Positions 9,606 through 18,048 of a DNA stretch of 32,000 bases are shown piece by piece. The stretch lies in contig OW818675.1 of the NCBI GenBank assembly GCA_942493095.1, forward strand, positions 1,290,001 to 1,322,000, given 5' to 3'. Under the pieces are notes generated by a model. That model was not told the DNA's origin, did no database searches, and saw nothing but the letters and a program-made list of their open reading frames with translations. A program made the position numbers and the translations under genes. This DNA comes from Candidatus Electronema halotolerans (GTDB lineage: Bacteria > Desulfobacterota > Desulfobulbia > Desulfobulbales > Desulfobulbaceae). Numbering within the stretch: position 1 is the first letter of the stretch; the number at the start of each line of letters is the position of its first letter.

Positions 9606-9962
9606 ATTCAACAGACGAACCGCAGCCTCCTTGAACCGCAGCTCTCCGTTCGTTGCAAGAACGTCTTCGCTTAAAAAGAGGAGCAGCCCTTTCTTGAAAA
9701 GCAGTCGTGAGTTTTTAAAGAGCACCTTCCAGCTTTTTAAGTTGGGCCGTCTTCTCAAGAGGTGGACAAGCCCTCTTTAAAAGGGGAGAGATCAACTTTA
9801 CAAAAGAAGCAGTCCGTTCGTTGAGAGCAGCCTTCCTCTTTTTAAGAGAGGAAGCGCGTTCGTTAAGAGGAGCTGTCCGAGAAAGAAATGCAACTCTCGT
9901 TTCAAAAAAAGAACAGTCCCTTTTTTCGAGAGGACTTGAGCGCGCAAAAGAAGGAAGCAGCG
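9606..9962. repeat. Degenerate 21-bp tandem repeat tract (about 17 units) encoding heptads on the minus strand
   Basis: Units such as GTTCGTTGAGAGCAGCCTTCC, TCTTTTTAAGAGAGGAAGCGC, GTTCGTTAAGAGGAGCTGTCC align at exact 21-bp steps. The minus strand reads SSPLEKR DCSFFET RVAFLSR TAPLNER ASSLKKR KAALNER TASFVKL ISPLLKR ACPPLEK TAQLKKL. Confidence 0.75.
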
Positions 9963-9982
9963 CAGACAAAAAAGAGAATTAA

Positions 9983-10229
9983 ATGAAATGCGCAATCTGT
10001 GTCGGCGGAAGAACTGAAAAAAAACTTTTCAACCGTGCTGCTGGAAAAAGATGAAATGATATTGCTTTTTAAGCAGGTTCCTTCAGAGATTTGTGAGAAT
10101 TGCGGAGAAGAATATATTTCATCTGAAGTGAACAGAATGCTGCTCCGCCATGCAAGAGAAGAGCTGAATCGAAATGTCTCTCTTGAGATGCTGAATTTCT
10201 CTCCCAGAGAATCTATGAAATCAGCTTGA
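9983..10229 (+). pseudogene. YgiT-type zinc-finger antitoxin-like protein with apparent frameshift
   Basis: MKCAICVGGRTEK in the frame of ATG 9983, then NFSTVLLEKDEMILLFKQVPSEICENCGEEYISSEVNRMLLRH one frame over. The break is at an A8 run (10017-10024); A7 would restore one ORF with both CxxC motifs. Confidence 0.65.
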
Positions 10230-10257
10230 CAGAATATAGGGAAATTTTCGTGATGCT

Positions 10258-10509
10258 ATGAACTGCCCGAAAGTGCGCTCAGTCAAGGCGGCTGACAATC
10301 ACATCCTGATCGTTGAGTTTGATAATAACAAAAAGAGACAGTATGACGTAAGTCTGTTGCTGGACAAGGAGATGTTTGCGCCATTAAAAAATACCGCTCT
10401 GTTCAAGGCCGTCCGAGTGGAGCAGGGAGGCTGGGCTGTTGCTTGGAATGATGACATCGACCTCAGCGAATTTGAGCTGTGGAGCAAAGGAAAAGAAGTA
10501 GTCTGCTGA
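10258..10509 (+). CDS. DUF2442-family protein
   Basis: VRSVKAADNHILIVEFDNNKKRQYDVSLLLDKEMFAPLKN...FKAVRVEQGGWAVAWNDDIDLSEFELW is characteristic of DUF2442. Confidence 0.8.
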   Translation: MNCPKVRSVKAADNHILIVEFDNNKKRQYDVSLLLDKEMFAPLKNTALFKAVRVEQGGWAVAWNDDIDLSEFELWSKGKEVVC

Positions 10510-10724
10510 ACAGATTAAAGGCCATGACATGTTTTGAAGATTTGACCGGCTTTCAGGAAACAGGAGCAGAATAGGTTCGCCGGAATTTTATTGTCGAAGA
10601 AACAAAGCTGATCTTCAAAGCACGATTGACAGTTATCTTTATCCGTTTAAAGACGGAAGAAAGATTGTCAGTATTTTGAAATCGTTTATTGACTACAGCA
10701 AATAGCTTTAGCAAAGAGGTGATC

Positions 10725-10958
10725 ATGGCACTTAATCAAGAAGTGAAAAATCTTTCCTGCACAGGTTCAGTCTTGAGCAATGTGCAGATGGAGCTTATCA
10801 AGTTGTATGCAACAAACTTGAATAACAATGAGCTGATGGAGCTGAAAAGCATCTTGGCTGATCATTTCAGTCGAAAAGCAATTGATGAAGCTGACAAAAT
10901 ATGGATGCAGAAGGATATGTCAACACAGACAATGGACGACTGGCTGAATGAAGAATAA
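10725..10958 (+). CDS. Antitoxin-like small protein of a PIN-type toxin-antitoxin pair
   Basis: MALNQEVKNLSCTGSVLSNVQMELIKLYATNLNNNELMELKSILADHFSRKAIDEADKIW, preceded by an AAAGAGGTG-like RBS and overlapping the PIN gene start. Confidence 0.65.
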   Translation: MALNQEVKNLSCTGSVLSNVQMELIKLYATNLNNNELMELKSILADHFSRKAIDEADKIWMQKDMSTQTMDDWLNEE

Positions 10959-11370
10959 GCTGCGCCTTGTCATTGACACAAATGTGCTGCTGGTCTCAAT
11001 ATCCAGCAAATCACAGTATCATTGGCTGTTTCAGGCTTTGCTGAATCAGGAGTTTGAACTGGCCTTCACAACGGAAATACTCGAAGAATACGAAGAGATT
11101 ATTGCATCAAAATACTCTGTTTCTGTTGCTCGCAACGTTATACGGACGATACTGCTGCTTCCGAATGCAATCAGAACAGTTGTTTACTACAATTGGAATC
11201 TGATTTCCATCGATGAAGATGACAACAAATTTTCAGACTGCGCTGTGTCCGCAAATGCGCATGCGATAGTCACGCACGACAGACACTTTGATATGCTGAA
11301 GGATATTTCGTTCCCAACTGTGAACGTGGTTACGATCCATGAATTGAAAAAACTGTTGGACAAGGATTGA
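10948..11370 (+). CDS. PIN-domain toxin of a putative toxin-antitoxin system
   Basis: LVIDTNVLLVSISS ... EEYEEII ... DNKFSDCAVSANAHAIVTHDRHF is the conserved acidic PIN pattern. Overlaps the upstream gene by 11 nt. Confidence 0.88.
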   Translation: MKNKLRLVIDTNVLLVSISSKSQYHWLFQALLNQEFELAFTTEILEEYEEIIASKYSVSVARNVIRTILLLPNAIRTVVYYNWNLISIDEDDNKFSDCAVSANAHAIVTHDRHFDMLKDISFPTVNVVTIHELKKLLDKD

Positions 11371-11415
11371 TCAACACTCATTTCCTTATTATCAAAACAA
11401 AAGGAGCATATTGTC

Positions 11416-12204
11416 ATGAAGAAAAAAACAATGCTGTTCGGTCTGCTGGCCATGCTGGTTTCCACTTCGGCCTTTGCCGCTGATCCCAGCGTGGATGAAA
11501 TCGTCAGCAAAGCCAACTTGGCAGCCTATTATGGCGGCGATGACGGCAGGGCTGAGGTCAATATGACGATCAAGGACAGCCAAGGACGGGAGCGGACGCG
11601 GGAATTCATCATCCTGCGCAAGGACAAGGAGGACGGCGGCCAGCAATTCTTCTATGTCTATTTTAAGAAGCCCAGCGATGTCAGCAAAATGGTCTTCATG
11701 GTCCATAAATACACGGACAAGGACGATGACCGCTGGATGTATCTGCCTGCCTTGGACTTGGTCAAGCGGATTGCCGCCTCAGACAAGCGCACCTCCTTTG
11801 TTGGCAGCAATTTCATGTACGAGGATGTATCTGGCCGGAATCTGAACGAGGACACGCATGAGCTGGTGAAAAGCGATGGCAAGTATTATGTGGTCAAAAA
11901 CACGCCGAAAAAGCCGGGCGAGGTCGAGTTCTCTTCCTATACTGTGGAGATCGACAAAAAGACCTTCCTGCCGGTGAAAGCGGTTTATCTGGACAAGAAC
12001 GGCAAGGAATACCGGATTGTCGAGGCCGTGAAAACAGCCGTGGTTGACGGCATTCCGACTGTCACCGAATCCAAGGTCACGGACATCGCCGCAGGCAGCT
12101 CCACCGTGTCCAAGTTCACCAATATCAAGTACAATATTGGCTTGCAGGAAGACATTTTCACAGAACGCTACCTGCGCCGCCCGCCCCGCGAAGTGCGGCG
12201 GTGA
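11416..12204 (+). CDS. Outer membrane lipoprotein-sorting (LolA-like) protein
   Basis: Signal peptide MKKKTMLFGLLAMLVSTSAFA plus MVFMVHKYTDKDDDRWMYLPALDLVKRIAASDKRTSFVGSNFMYEDVSGR, typical of the LolA-like proteins often encoded with MMPL exporters. Confidence 0.85.
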   Translation: MKKKTMLFGLLAMLVSTSAFAADPSVDEIVSKANLAAYYGGDDGRAEVNMTIKDSQGRERTREFIILRKDKEDGGQQFFYVYFKKPSDVSKMVFMVHKYTDKDDDRWMYLPALDLVKRIAASDKRTSFVGSNFMYEDVSGRNLNEDTHELVKSDGKYYVVKNTPKKPGEVEFSSYTVEIDKKTFLPVKAVYLDKNGKEYRIVEAVKTAVVDGIPTVTESKVTDIAAGSSTVSKFTNIKYNIGLQEDIFTERYLRRPPREVRR

Positions 12205-12268
12205 AAGGCAGCCTTTGGGACGGCTGAAGCGGGCCGTCCCGAAAAAAACAATCCATCAGGAGCAGATC

Positions 12269-13555
12269 ATGAACAAGAAAATTGCCGCCGCCCTGCTGCT
12301 CTGCTCATTGCCGTCTGCTGCTGCATGGGCGGCTGACGAGGAGCAGACCTCTATTGCCGACCGGCTCTACGACAAGTACGGCATTGAAATGCTTGGTTTT
12401 GCCGAAAGCCGCATCGGCGCACGTCTCGTTGATGATGCGGACGAGGACACCTTGAGCCTTGGCGAAGCCCGTCTTCAGCTTCGCTTGAACAAAGATTTTG
12501 AGTCGTTTTTTGTCCAGTTCAAAGGCGACCTGCTCGCTGACGCGGTCACAGCGGAAGGAGACGCGGACATCCGCGAGATGAGCGCTTCATTCCGGCCTGC
12601 GGACTGGGCTGATGTCAAAGTGGGCCGGATGGTCTCCACGTGGGGCACGGGCGACATGATTTTCATCAACGACATGTTTCCCAAGGACTGGGAGTCCTTT
12701 TTCATTGGCCGGGATGACGAGTACCTGAAGCAGGCTTCCAATGTCCTCAAGTCGAGTTTTTTCCTCAATGACTGGAGCTTGGATGTGGTTTACACACCGC
12801 TCTTTCAGGGATCAGAGTACATTGACGGCGAGCGGCTTTCCTATTTCAATCCGGCGGCTGGCAAAATTGTCGGCGAGAGCATGGTGATGGAGGACAGCGA
12901 GCCGAACAGCTGGTTCAAGGACGATGAGCTGGCCCTGCGCCTCTCGCATCGCTTTGATCAGGTCGAGGCGGCCCTGTACGGCTACATGGGTTTCTGGCAG
13001 GAGCCGGAAGGCATGGACCCGGCATCTGGCAAGGCAGCCTATCCGCCGCTCAATGTCTGGGGTGCGTCGGCCCGTTCGCCCATGCTCGGCGGCATTGGCA
13101 ATGCTGAGTTTGGTTATTATGATTCCACGGACGACGAGGGCGGCGGCAATCCTTACGTCCGGCCTTCAGAGTTCCGCTTTTTGGCTGGCTTTGAGCGCGA
13201 GCTGGCCCATGAGCTGACCGGCAGCGTGCAGTATTATCTGGAGGTTATTGACGGCTATGATGACTATGAGCAGACCGTGCCTGCGGGCATGGCGGCGCGG
13301 GATGAATACCGGCACCTGCTGACCCTGCGCCTGACCAAGCTGCTCATGAACCAGAATTTGATTCTCTCGCTCTTTGCCTATTATTCGCCCTCGGACAATG
13401 ACGGCTACCTGCGGCCCAAGGCAAAGTACAAATTGAGCGACCACTGGCAGATCGACGGCGGCCTGAATCTGTTCTTCGGCGAAGAGGAGCACACCTTCTG
13501 GGGCCGCTTCCAAGACAACACCAACGCCTATATTGGCCTGCGTTATTCCTTCTAA
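12269..13555 (+). CDS. Outer-membrane beta-barrel protein (DUF1302-like) partner of the MMPL/LolA-like genes
   Basis: Signal peptide MNKKIAAALLLCSLPSAAAWA, alternating beta-strand pattern, C-terminal aromatic ending YIGLRYSF. Start revised from the track's 12044. Confidence 0.75.
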   Translation: MNKKIAAALLLCSLPSAAAWAADEEQTSIADRLYDKYGIEMLGFAESRIGARLVDDADEDTLSLGEARLQLRLNKDFESFFVQFKGDLLADAVTAEGDADIREMSASFRPADWADVKVGRMVSTWGTGDMIFINDMFPKDWESFFIGRDDEYLKQASNVLKSSFFLNDWSLDVVYTPLFQGSEYIDGERLSYFNPAAGKIVGESMVMEDSEPNSWFKDDELALRLSHRFDQVEAALYGYMGFWQEPEGMDPASGKAAYPPLNVWGASARSPMLGGIGNAEFGYYDSTDDEGGGNPYVRPSEFRFLAGFERELAHELTGSVQYYLEVIDGYDDYEQTVPAGMAARDEYRHLLTLRLTKLLMNQNLILSLFAYYSPSDNDGYLRPKAKYKLSDHWQIDGGLNLFFGEEEHTFWGRFQDNTNAYIGLRYSF

Positions 13556-13580
13556 AAACTCTATTTACGGAGACTGCATC

Positions 13581-13832
13581 ATGATTGTTACCGACTGGAT
13601 TCACACCCTCGCTGGCACCTTCATCATCATCGGCCTGACCTTGGGCTATGACTGCAATGGCGGCAATCCGCTCTTTATCCATCATTACTTCCTCTTCCTG
13701 TCGCTTTTTGTCGGTTTAAACCTCTTCCAGTTCGGCTTCAGCAAGTTCTGTCCGCTCGGCATCATCTTGAAAAAGCTGGGCGTGCCGGAAACACGGGACA
13801 AGTGCAAGACAGGCTCAGGCTGCTGCGGATAA
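13581..13832 (+). CDS. Small inner-membrane protein (DUF2892/YgaP-transmembrane-like)
   Basis: MIVTDWIHTLAGTFIIIGLTLGYDCNGGNPLFIHHYFLFLSLFVGLNLFQFGFSKFCPLGIILKKLGV. Confidence 0.7.
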   Translation: MIVTDWIHTLAGTFIIIGLTLGYDCNGGNPLFIHHYFLFLSLFVGLNLFQFGFSKFCPLGIILKKLGVPETRDKCKTGSGCCG

Positions 13833-13865
13833 GGAGCAGAGAATTTAGGAATCTTCTGAGCAAGA

Positions 13866-15497
13866 TCAGGAGATTCCTGTTGCAGAGGGCCAGCGTCTGC
13901 CGCAGCCGAATGCTTTGCTCGTCACCTTCAGGCCGAGCGGTGCCTGCTTGCGCTTGTGCTCGTTGCGAATGACGCGGCGGATGATGCCCTGCACCACAGC
14001 CCGGTCAAAGCCTTGGGCAACAATCTCTTCTGCGCTGCAATGCTCTTCAAGATACGCAGCCAAAATCGGGTCCAGCACCTCATAAGGCGGCAGATCGTCC
14101 TGATCCGTCTGCTCCGGCTTCAGCTCCGCAGTGGGCGGGCGGCTGATGATCCGCTCTGGAATCACTGCGCCGCTGCGGTTCATCCAGCGGGCCAGTTCAT
14201 AGACCATCACCTTGGGCACGTCAGCAAGCGCGGCCAAGCCGCCGCTCATGTCGCCGTACAGGGTGCAGTAGCCCACCGCCATTTCTGACTTGTTGCCAGT
14301 GCTCAGAAGCAACCTGCCAAACTTATTCGACAAAGCCATGAGCAGATTGCCGCGAATGCGGGCCTGAATATTTTGTTCGGTCAGGTCTTCCGGCAGCCCG
14401 GCAAAAAGCGGGGCCAGCATCTGCTGATACGATTTCATTGCTTCAGCTATCGGGATGACCTCAAAGCCGCAGCCGAGATTGCGGCTCAAGGCCTGTGCGT
14501 CGTCAATGCTCATCTGCGCGGTGTAGGGCGATGGCAGGGCCACACAGAGGACGTTCTCCGGGCCAAGGGCCTGCGCTGCCAAGACCGCTGTCACGGCTGA
14601 ATCAATGCCGCCGGACAGGCCGATCACCGCCTTGCTGAAGCCGGTCTTGCCCAAGTAGTCGCGCAGGCCGAGGACAAGGGCAGCTTCAACCTGAGCAATC
14701 GAGTCCTCCGGCGCGGCGCAGATAGTACTGTTCTGCTGCAAGTCTGCTGAGTCAATCAGCAGCATGTCTTCGACAAATCCCGCCGCAGCAGCGCAGATAT
14801 TTCCCTTGCAGTTGACAGCTGCGGAATGGCCGTCAAAGATGAGGGAATCCTGTCCGCCGACCTGATTGACATAGAGCAAAGGCAGCTTGTGCCGCTGGCA
14901 GAGTTTGCTGAAGAGCAGCCTGCGCTCGCCGAGCTTGCCGTGATGATAGGGCGAGGCGGAAATGTTGATCAGCAGGTCCGCCTGTGCGCCGTTGCGGAGC
15001 AGGGCTGCGACCGGATCATGACTGTACGAGCCGCAGGAGCCGGGCCAGATGTCCTCGCAGACTGTCAGGCCGAGATGCAGGCCCTTGAAAAGCACGGGCA
15101 GCGACGGGCCGCCCGGCTCAAAATAGCGGCTCTCGTCAAAGACATCATAAGTGGGCAGGAGCTGCTTGCGCACCCGCTGCACAACCTTGCCCTGATGGAT
15201 GAGCAAGGCCGAGTTGTGGAGCGGCTTGCCTGGACCCTGCCGCTGCTCAACCACACCGACCACCACCCCAGTTTCGCCGACAGCACCAATCAGTTTGTCC
15301 AAGGCCTGATCATGGGCCTGAAGGAAATCGCGCCGTTCAAGCAGGTCTTGGGGCGGATAGCCGCACAGGGCCAGCTCCGGGAAAATGGCTAGGGCGCAGC
15401 CTGTCTGCCCGGCCTGCCGGAGACGGTCAAGCAGCAGGCCAAGGTTGCGCGTGAAATCACCGATGAGCGGGTTGGTTTGAATGAGGGCAATTTTCAT
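13866..15497 (-). CDS. nadE: Glutamine-dependent NAD+ synthetase
   Basis: N-terminal nitrilase domain (KIALIQTNPLIGDF...ELALCGYPPQDLL; LTVCEDIW) and C-terminal synthetase (VIGLSGGIDSAVTAVLAAQALG; LSTGNKSEMAVGYCTLYGDMSGGLA). Confidence 0.95.
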   Translation of the reverse strand: MKIALIQTNPLIGDFTRNLGLLLDRLRQAGQTGCALAIFPELALCGYPPQDLLERRDFLQAHDQALDKLIGAVGETGVVVGVVEQRQGPGKPLHNSALLIHQGKVVQRVRKQLLPTYDVFDESRYFEPGGPSLPVLFKGLHLGLTVCEDIWPGSCGSYSHDPVAALLRNGAQADLLINISASPYHHGKLGERRLLFSKLCQRHKLPLLYVNQVGGQDSLIFDGHSAAVNCKGNICAAAAGFVEDMLLIDSADLQQNSTICAAPEDSIAQVEAALVLGLRDYLGKTGFSKAVIGLSGGIDSAVTAVLAAQALGPENVLCVALPSPYTAQMSIDDAQALSRNLGCGFEVIPIAEAMKSYQQMLAPLFAGLPEDLTEQNIQARIRGNLLMALSNKFGRLLLSTGNKSEMAVGYCTLYGDMSGGLAALADVPKVMVYELARWMNRSGAVIPERIISRPPTAELKPEQTDQDDLPPYEVLDPILAAYLEEHCSAEEIVAQGFDRAVVQGIIRRVIRNEHKRKQAPLGLKVTSKAFGCGRRWPSATGIS

Positions 15498-15628
15498 CTT
15501 GCTGGCAAGAAATATATGGAAACAGAAGGGATTGCGGTCTGATTTCAGATTTCAAGATGCGGTTATAAAAAAAGCGGAAGCATCAAAAAGATGCCCCCGC
15601 TTGAGTGTGCCGCTGTATGGCTGTGAGT

Positions 15629-16861
15629 TTACTCTTGAATGCCCAGAGCCTGAACAGTTTCCTGCGTCAGCGTGCCACCCACGGCAAGACCGCGAGCCTG
15701 CTGGAAGGCGCGGACAGCCTGTCTGGTCTGCTCGCCCATCACGCCGTCAACTGGGCCAGGATCAAAGCCTTCCTGCTGGAGGGCGATCTGCACCCTTCTG
15801 ACATCCTGCGCCGCCTGGTTGTAATCACAGTGCCACTCTCTATGCCACTCGAGGAACGGCTCGCAGACCTGAACCTGCTGGGAAACGCATTGGGTCGTTG
15901 CCTGGCCACCCTCGCACAGCTCCTTGAAGGCCGGCACTGAGCAGGTCACCGGTGCTGTCTCAGCAGAAACAGGAACCTTCCGCACTTTGCCTGGACTGCA
16001 AACCTCGACAATCACCGGAACTTTCTCATACACAGGCGCTGTTGTCACCTCAACCGTGCGCTCTTCGCATTGCGGTTTAGGCAGATGCGGCGTGACGCAC
16101 TGCTCCACATCATAAGAGCAGGTTGTGTATTTTTTCTTGTGACCAAAGGAGCACTGCTGGTTTTTGCCTGAACAGGTGTATCCGGTTATCCAGTCGAATT
16201 CAGGCCCTTCTGTCTCGCGGCAGACATCTGTGCAGTCCCAGCAGGTGGATTTTTTCCTGTACAGATGATCCCATTCCGATTTAACCTGCACTTTCACTTT
16301 GTTTGCAGTCTCTTTGTGCGGCATTCCATAGGGTTCCTCGTATCCGACCTTCATCGAATCTGTTGTGGTCCGATAGGCTGCGGGAACTTCCTGCTCTTCA
16401 CAAGTGCGATAAGTGATTGTTTTGGTTTCTGGTTCCTTCACGAGTTTATACGTCCAGCCAACCCGCTTGTCTTTACAGTGAACCGTTCTTTTAAGACCGT
16501 AACATTTCTCCCGGACTGTCTTATTGGCAGTCACTGTCTTGTCACCGTCCTGCTCCACACGCGGCTCAGGACAGGAGGTGCCTGTTTCCACTTTGTTACA
16601 GACAGTTTTGAATTGTCCGGGATGAATGCACTGCGACCAGCATTCGCCTGTCTTAATCTGTGGATAACAGCCTTCAGGGGGACATTCGGGCTGCTTGCAC
16701 ACCGGCGGCGGCGTGGTCGGCTGTGAACACTCGCCATTCGGCCCAACCGTGCAGGTCTCGCACTGTTCTTGCTGCTGCTGTTGTTGCGCATAGGCAGAAC
16801 CGGCGGCAAAGCCGACCAGTGCCAAAATGATGCTTCCAACCGCAACCTTTCTTCTCTTCAT
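15629..16861 (-). CDS. Exported cysteine-rich protein with C-terminal peptidoglycan-binding (PG_binding_1) domain
   Basis: Signal peptide MKRRKVAVGSIILALVGFAAGSAYA preceded by AAAGGAG. About 27 Cys in the mature part by hand count. C-terminus VRRVQIALQQEGFDPGPVDGVMGEQTRQAVRAFQQARGLAVGGTLTQETVQALG. Confidence 0.85.
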   Translation of the reverse strand: MKRRKVAVGSIILALVGFAAGSAYAQQQQQQEQCETCTVGPNGECSQPTTPPPVCKQPECPPEGCYPQIKTGECWSQCIHPGQFKTVCNKVETGTSCPEPRVEQDGDKTVTANKTVREKCYGLKRTVHCKDKRVGWTYKLVKEPETKTITYRTCEEQEVPAAYRTTTDSMKVGYEEPYGMPHKETANKVKVQVKSEWDHLYRKKSTCWDCTDVCRETEGPEFDWITGYTCSGKNQQCSFGHKKKYTTCSYDVEQCVTPHLPKPQCEERTVEVTTAPVYEKVPVIVEVCSPGKVRKVPVSAETAPVTCSVPAFKELCEGGQATTQCVSQQVQVCEPFLEWHREWHCDYNQAAQDVRRVQIALQQEGFDPGPVDGVMGEQTRQAVRAFQQARGLAVGGTLTQETVQALGIQE

Positions 16862-17061
16862 TTTCAATCTCCTTTTTCTCAACAGCCTTGTTTGGAACAG
16901 CTATAACGGAAAAACGCCACAATAAGAAACAGGTGCCTCATAGTTATTTTTCTTCACATTCAGCAATTTGTCAATAGCAATATATCGAGCAAACCAGTAA
17001 TTTTCATCATACTGTCAGATCATGGACAAACCCATTTTTTGCTGGTTGAGAAAAAATCGCA

Positions 17062-18048
17062 ATGTTGTACCATGATAGCTCATTTTTTACGATATGGCAA
17101 GAGGAGCGCATTAAAGAACTGCCACACGACTCAGCAAATCAGAATGCAACTCAACTGCCGAAAAAAACTTACAAATCAGCCATGAACGCATTTATCAGCA
17201 CCCTGCCCGCAACAGAAAGCGGGGAGGAAGCCTGCGCCTTCACTGCCCGCTGCCGGAACATGGGGTTGTTCCTTTGCACTGTCCTCATGCTGCTCATGCC
17301 GCTGCTCTTGGCAGCCGCTGCTGAACCGCCTCTTGTTCCTGAGCAGCAGGCCTTGGCGGTCATCAGCGCAGGGCAGGAGACCATGCACTTTGCCATCTCC
17401 TGGTCTGGCGGCATCAAAATCGGCGACCTGCGCCTCAGCCTTGCTTTGGCAGACAAAGGCGGCCTGCGCCTCACTGCCCGCGTCACCGACTACGGCCTGT
17501 TCCGGCTCGTCTATCCGGTTGATGACACCTTTGTCACCCGCATCCGCAGCCCGCTGCTCCTGCCGGAACGCTACGAGGTGACGCAGATTGAGCGGGGCAA
17601 GACTGTGCATCGCCTGACCCTTTATGACCAAAAGCACGGCAAAGTTGTCTATCAGCGGCAGGATGAGTCGCCGCAGAGCTGGCAGGTCAGCGGCCCGGTT
17701 TATAACGAGTTCTCCGCTTTTTTCATCACCCGCGCCCTGCGCTTGCAGCCGCAGGAGCGGCAGCTTGTGCCGACCTTTGCTGATAAGAAACGCCAGCTCG
17801 TGTCGGTCAAAGTCTATGGCCGGGAAGTCAGGGACAGCATTTTGGGCAGGGTGCGCACCATCAAGGTGCAGCCGAAGATGCGCTTCAAGGGACTCTACGA
17901 CAAGGACGGCGACACGGTCTTTTGGCTCACTGACGATGCCTGCCGGGTGCCGGTGGAAATCAGGTCAAAGATTCTCATCGGCTCCCTGACCGCCGAGCTG
18001 GTGGAATACAGCAATCCTGCCTGCCCGCAGCACAGCGGCAGACCATGA
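17062..18048 (+). CDS. DUF3108-domain protein (true start probably downstream of 17062)
   Basis: FAISWSGGIKIGDLRLSLALADKGGLRLTARVTDYGLFRLVYPVDDTFVTRI...VKVYGREVRDSILGRVRTIKVQPKMRFKGLYDKDGDTVFWLTDDACRVPVEIRSKILIGSLTAEL. Confidence 0.75.
   Translation: MLYHDSSFFTIWQEERIKELPHDSANQNATQLPKKTYKSAMNAFISTLPATESGEEACAFTARCRNMGLFLCTVLMLLMPLLLAAAAEPPLVPEQQALAVISAGQETMHFAISWSGGIKIGDLRLSLALADKGGLRLTARVTDYGLFRLVYPVDDTFVTRIRSPLLLPERYEVTQIERGKTVHRLTLYDQKHGKVVYQRQDESPQSWQVSGPVYNEFSAFFITRALRLQPQERQLVPTFADKKRQLVSVKVYGREVRDSILGRVRTIKVQPKMRFKGLYDKDGDTVFWLTDDACRVPVEIRSKILIGSLTAELVEYSNPACPQHSGRP

Noticed and set aside
10530-10700. Possible gene remnant (frame reading ...ADLQSTIDSYLYPFKDGRKIVSILKSFIDYSK*)
   Set aside because: No start codon context or family match that I can support. 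It may be a decayed ORF but is too weak to call.
12044-12268. N-terminal extension of the beta-barrel ORF
   Set aside because: It overlaps the LolA-like gene out of frame, and a clear signal peptide begins at the ATG at 12269.
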